In this document: one piece after another, positions 60,223 to 64,000 of the stretch
How the letters are laid out: the number at the start of each line of letters is the position of its first letter
Position numbering within the stretch: position 1 is the first letter of the stretch
NCBI GenBank assembly: GCA_965217585.1
Contig: OZ244561.1
Location: 32,001-96,000, forward strand
Length of the DNA stretch: 64,000 nt
Reading direction: 5' to 3'
Origin: Candidatus Latescibacterota bacterium
GTDB taxonomy: Bacteria; Latescibacterota; UBA2968; UBA8231
Notes under the pieces: generated by a model
Databases searched by the model: none
What the model saw: the letters and a program-made list of their open reading frames with translations, nothing else
What the model was told of the DNA's origin: nothing
Program-made: the position numbers and the translations under genes

Positions 60223-61293
60223 TAGGACTTACGCAGTTGGATAGTTTAGGATAAGATAGAAGCTACTCCCCCTCCGCCGCGAGCCAGTCCGATGAACCCA
60301 GCCAAGTGTGCAGACCACGACTACATCCACTTCCTGATCGCCGCTCAGTGCGCCTTCAGTTGTACTGAGGCCGCCCGCTGTCATCCTGAAGGGGGCCCTA
60401 CGCCATCCCATGACGCCTTCACGCGCCTGCTCACAAGACAGCCTCCCGATACCGAGGCGTTGTGGCGAGAGACGCAGGGACTGGTCACCCTTCAGGGCGG
60501 CGTGTTGGCTCTGGACGATTCCACCTTGGACAAGCCCTATGCCAAGCGGATCGAACTGGTGACGCGCCATTGGAGCGGCAAACATCACCGGGTGGTCTTG
60601 GGCATCAATCTCATAAGTATGGTCTGGTCGGACGGCCTCGCTTGCATTCCCTGCGACTTCCGCGTCTATGACAAGCCGATCGGGGGCCACAACAAGAACG
60701 AGCACTTCCGGGCGATGCTGGCCAGTGCCCAAGCGCGCGGCTTTCAGCCCGAGTGCGTGGTGTTCGATAGCTGGTATGCTTCCCTCGACAACCTCAAGCG
60801 GATTCGCGCCTACGATTGGTCTTGGCTGACGCGCCTCAAGGCCAACAGACAGGTCAACCCCGATGGGAGCGGCAACGTGGCGATCGGCTCTGTTGCCATC
60901 GAACCGGAAGGCCGGCGGGTGCATCTCAAGGGCTATGGGTTCATCCAGGTGTTTCGGACGGTCTCGGCAAACGGAGACGCGCAATACTGGGCAACCAACG
61001 ACCTGGAGATGGCTGTCAGCCAGTTTGAGGCGTGGTCCAAGCGGGCGTGGTCCATTGAGACCTACCACCGAGGCCTCAAGCAGTGTTGCGGCGTCGAGCA
61101 GGCGCAGGTTCGGTCGGCACGGGCGCAGATGAACCATATCGCGTTGTCGATTCGCGCCTTCGTGCGGTTGGAGGTGCATAGACTCCAAACCGGTGTCAGT
61201 TGGTATGAAGCCAAAAGGAACATCATCCGAGAGGCTGTCCGGCTGTATCTGCAACGACCACTGCACAGGCTCAACTCAACTGCGTAAGTCCTA
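60223..61293 (+). mobile_element. IS701-family element, 1071 bp, 17-bp inverted repeats, 5-bp TSD
   Basis: TAGGACTTACGCAGTTG at the left end and its reverse complement at 61277-61293; AAACT at 60218-60222 and 61294-61298. Confidence 0.92.
60292..61287 (+). CDS. IS701-family transposase
   Basis: SHDAFTR, LDDSTLDKPY, FDSWY, W.IE.YHR.LKQ. Confidence 0.92.
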   Translation: MNPAKCADHDYIHFLIAAQCAFSCTEAARCHPEGGPTPSHDAFTRLLTRQPPDTEALWRETQGLVTLQGGVLALDDSTLDKPYAKRIELVTRHWSGKHHRVVLGINLISMVWSDGLACIPCDFRVYDKPIGGHNKNEHFRAMLASAQARGFQPECVVFDSWYASLDNLKRIRAYDWSWLTRLKANRQVNPDGSGNVAIGSVAIEPEGRRVHLKGYGFIQVFRTVSANGDAQYWATNDLEMAVSQFEAWSKRAWSIETYHRGLKQCCGVEQAQVRSARAQMNHIALSIRAFVRLEVHRLQTGVSWYEAKRNIIREAVRLYLQRPLHRLNSTA

Positions 61294-61699
61294 AAACTTC
61301 TTAAGTCGCCAGTACATAGATGTTAACTTTCCTTTTCCACCTGTATAGTCAAGGTATCCACCTGTAAACATTTCATAGCATCCGGTACGTGCTATTTTGT
61401 CCATGAAGCTGGCTATCTGATCTCTTGGAAGCCTTAATTCATTCGTTATATCTTCTGCAAATTTGTCCCAAAACTGGTTGGTCCACTGTAGATCATTCTG
61501 TGCTTCTGATCGTGTGGTTGAGCTATATTTATCTAAGATTCTTAAAGCCAAGAGTTCACGATAACTAAGTTCATCTAATATTTTTAGGAAATCCTCATAC
61601 TCATCTATATTTGAGATATCTTTTTCTGTAAGCGAACTTTTCAAAAGACGAGCAAACATTTCTATTTTTTCTCGTCTTCTGGTATTTAGCGCATACTGA

Positions 61700-62569
61700 G
61701 AAGCTGTTGAGTTATTCAGATGCATTTAGCGACCGTACTCTTTATCATGGCAATACGAATCATGTTCTCTGCGGATTGGGTGAGGATTTCGAAGTCTTTC
61801 GCCAAGCGTCGAAATCCACCCAACCAAGCCAAGGTTCGTTCGATGATCCAGCGTTTGGGCACCACTTGGAACCCTTGGGTTGGTTTATCCGCTATATCGA
61901 GTCGCAACCCCAACAGGTTTTCAACGAATTCAACGGTGGTACCGCGATAGCCTTGGTCGCCGCAGAAGGCTTCGACCGAATCATACTTTTCCGCGACCCG
62001 ATCACATACGTCCCATCCTTGGCTGGTATCGGCCACATGGGCGGCATGTACTTGGATGGTCAGCATATTACCCAGCGTATCGGTGGCGAGGTGGCGTTTA
62101 CGTCCTTTGATCTTTTTTCCCCCCATCCACGCCTCGATCCTGACTGGCATATTGGGTTTTAACCGATTGCGAATCGATCAAGGCATAGGTCGGATGTTCG
62201 TTTTTGCCCTGCTTGTGACGGGCGCGCTCATTCAGCGCGTCCAAGGCTTGTTCCCACACGCCACGCTGATTCCAGCGTCGGTAATGGTCATAGACGGTAT
62301 CCCAAGGGGGAAAATCAAGCGGCAGCATCCGCCACGGAATACCCCCTTTGACGACATATAAAATGGCATTGACCACCTCGCGTTTGGCATACTTGCCGGG
62401 GTTGCCCCGGGGATCAGGACGGTCGAAAAACCCCGCGATCAGGGCCCATTCTGGATCAGTCAAGTCACTTGGATACCCGCCCATACTAAAAGTCTCCCTG
62501 CGCAAAAAAGACAGCAAGCAATACATTATACATACAATACATACAGAGCTTTTTTAACTCAACAGCTTC
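61700..62569 (-). mobile_element. IS5-family element (IS427/IS1031-type), 870 bp
   Basis: Inverted repeats GAAGCTGTTGAGTTA / TAACTCAACAGCTTC; flanked by TGA and TTA. Confidence 0.9.
61716..62484 (-). CDS. IS5-family transposase in two frames joined at GGGGGGAAAAAAG (~62112-62124)
   Basis: YPSDLTD.EW, WRMLP.DFPPW.TVY, IDSQSVK; then KKIKGRKRH, DQGY, KRWIIERT. Confidence 0.88.
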
Positions 62570-62821
62570 TTAGTGGTTGCAAAATATGCGTGTAAAAAGT
62601 CTTCAGACTTAAGAAGTTCTTCATCGACAATAACATCTCCTTTAGCTAATTCATCAAAGAAAGCCATTGTTCTTTCTCTTTGTATATTTTCCAATGTCTT
62701 CATTAGTACGACGTCTATAGCACTACCAATACCACATGGCAATAGCTGTATTAATCCACGAATAACGCGATTGTCATACTTTTCTAGCGGAATTGTAGAG
62801 GGATGGATGTACTTCGCCGTT

Positions 62822-63037
62822 TTACTGTGCATAGATGACTTTTTCATTGATAATAGCTAATGCTTCCTGTTCCAATTTATAGGCTTCGGTTCTTTTCTGA
62901 TTTGCCTCCAAAACCTTGTTGTTTATATCCTGTTGAATATTTTCATCGTGCAACAATGGAACACTTATTCTCAAAATATGCTCCTTTTTTATATGCCCAA
63001 CTACAGCACCATAAGTAAATCTATTAATTAGGATGAA
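62822..63037 (-). pseudogene. 3' remnant of a restriction specificity subunit (HsdS-like)
   Basis: Manual translation ILINRFTYGAVVGHIKKEHILRISVPLLHDENIQQDINNKVLEANQKRTEAYKLEQEALAIINEKVIYAQ*; no start codon, low GC. Confidence 0.6.
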
Positions 63038-63218
63038 TTATCCTAGCTTCCTGTCCTCGGATTGGGCCGATCCCGGTCCCATCTGACCTAGGCTCTTCGA
63101 TCTATGAAGCCCATCAAACCCTGTCAACAATCGGCTTACGAACCTCCGACCCGCCTCCTGCCCCCACTGCACAGGTCCCACGATTGACCGACCGATCCAA
63201 TGAGATGGGTTTCGACCA

Positions 63219-63629
63219 TCAACGCCCCCGTAGTTGACGGGCTATCTCCGCCCGTTCCTGTTCCAGTCTTCGAGCAAGCGTCTCTAGCTGTTTATGATAG
63301 CTGACATCAACTTGGCCGCTGAGAAGGTGCTCACCAAGTTGCTTCAGATCCAGACCCGTGAAAGGCTCGCCGGTGTTTGACCGGAGCAAGCTGTCCAAGG
63401 TCAGCGCCTCAAGGGACTGCGATTCGAGGCCCTGATCACTGGCATCAATGAGAAGCCGCCCGAGCTTCTTCTGATCTGGATCGGGCAGACGGGTCCTCCC
63501 TCGTCCCAGCCGTTCAATTACCTTGTCTATCAGGGTGCCATAAGCCTCGACATCGGCGTAAACCCCCCTCAGCAAACTCAAGTCACTCATGTTGTCATCT
63601 CCGCTGAAGATGAGCGTTTGTAAATTCAA
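63219..63629 (-). CDS. Hypothetical helical protein
   Basis: Clean ORF; likely start MSDLSLL at ~63590; no motif recognised. Confidence 0.5.
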   Translation of the reverse strand: MNLQTLIFSGDDNMSDLSLLRGVYADVEAYGTLIDKVIERLGRGRTRLPDPDQKKLGRLLIDASDQGLESQSLEALTLDSLLRSNTGEPFTGLDLKQLGEHLLSGQVDVSYHKQLETLARRLEQERAEIARQLRGR

Positions 63630-63648
63630 TGAGATGGCGAAGAAACCC

Positions 63649-63738
63649 TTAACAGAGAAATTTTTTGAGGTTCTTCCCTCTCCGTTGAGATCGTTTCATA
63701 TCTCTTTCAAAGCGCTTAGAATAAAAAGGACGCCGCAT
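63649..63738 (-). pseudogene. yafQ: Truncated YafQ-family toxin
   Basis: Manual translation MRRPFYSKRFERDMKRSQRRGKNLKKFLC*; ATG overlaps the antitoxin stop (TGATG). Confidence 0.7.
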
Positions 63739-63998
63739 CAAATGTTGAGCTTCTGAAACATGCCCTCGGCGTCTTCACACTCGACCAATTCTCCCCCTCG
63801 ATCCGTCTTTTCAAAAACGTCTCGGGTTTCCTCATTCGGTAGCTCTACGGGAAACGGCAACCCGTTGCGCAGTTCCATTTGCCGAAAGAAAAGGGTTATG
63901 GCCTCGGTCGTGGTCAGGCCGAGCTTGCTCAATAGCGCCTCGACATTGCGCTTTAGCTCTGGATTGATACGCGCCCGGACAACTTCAGTCTTTGCCAT
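63738..63998 (-). CDS. dinJ: RelB/DinJ family antitoxin
   Basis: VRARI.PELK, LGLT.TEAI.LF, GLPF...PNEET. Confidence 0.88.
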   Translation of the reverse strand: MAKTEVVRARINPELKRNVEALLSKLGLTTTEAITLFFRQMELRNGLPFPVELPNEETRDVFEKTDRGGELVECEDAEGMFQKLNI

Positions 63999-64000
63999 AA

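Larger units (their letters stand above)
60200..62847 (-). pseudogene. Low-GC ~230-aa gene (weakly Abi-alpha/DUF4393-like) interrupted by two ISs
   Basis: Removing both ISs and one TSD each leaves 699 nt in frame: ...YFATT(K/Q)YALNTRRREK...WRLKKFIEDSE*. Confidence 0.75.

Noticed and set aside
60229-61266. 345-aa antisense ORF inside the IS701 element (and 22287-22940 in the other IS)
   Set aside because: Shadow frames opposite clear transposases, no motifs
1-64000. CRISPR array, tRNA or rRNA genes
   Set aside because: No regularly spaced repeats, cloverleaf or rRNA signature recognised by eye; a tRNAscan/Infernal run would be needed to exclude them formally

Overview
GC-rich bacterial chromosomal window. 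The gene content (futalosine menaquinone pathway, sigma54 regulators, many lipoproteins) fits a diderm such as a Latescibacterota/Gemmatimonadota-type organism, but that is inference only. Housekeeping blocks: mrp, M23 peptidase, rsmF-like, ubiX, yagF-like dehydratase, rfbB; mqn/men cluster; NtrC-like regulator plus sigma70 gene; NifA-like regulator-amtB-glnK-porin-glnA; def, fused IOR, rpiA, TRAP transporter, mltF-like, FGGY kinase, M16 protease. Two accessory regions interrupt them. (1) A ~16 kb minus-strand defence island (~10.9-27.1 kb): helicase remnant, Schlafen/AlbA_2-HATPase, ParA-like ATPase, PLD-SNF2 helicase split by an IS, a chimeric gene, an intact type IIG-like (Eco57I/TaqI-C) N6-adenine RM protein, GNAT-PIN-ASCH, ASCH and Fic. 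The chimeric gene (18394-19974) is the most striking feature. It joins a diverged copy of the ~250-aa N-terminal domain of the RM protein to a complete sigma70 core (regions 1.2-4) paralogous to the host sigma at 33753, sits in the methylase slot directly behind the helicase, and is broken only by one in-frame TAA. (2) A decayed defence region at 60.2-64 kb: a low-GC gene hit by two ISs, an hsdS remnant, and dinJ with a truncated yafQ. Also seen: three sigma54 promoters, a candidate sigma54-driven structured RNA, and an orphan Ntox37-like toxin with a candidate immunity gene. No rRNA, tRNA or CRISPR array was recognised.
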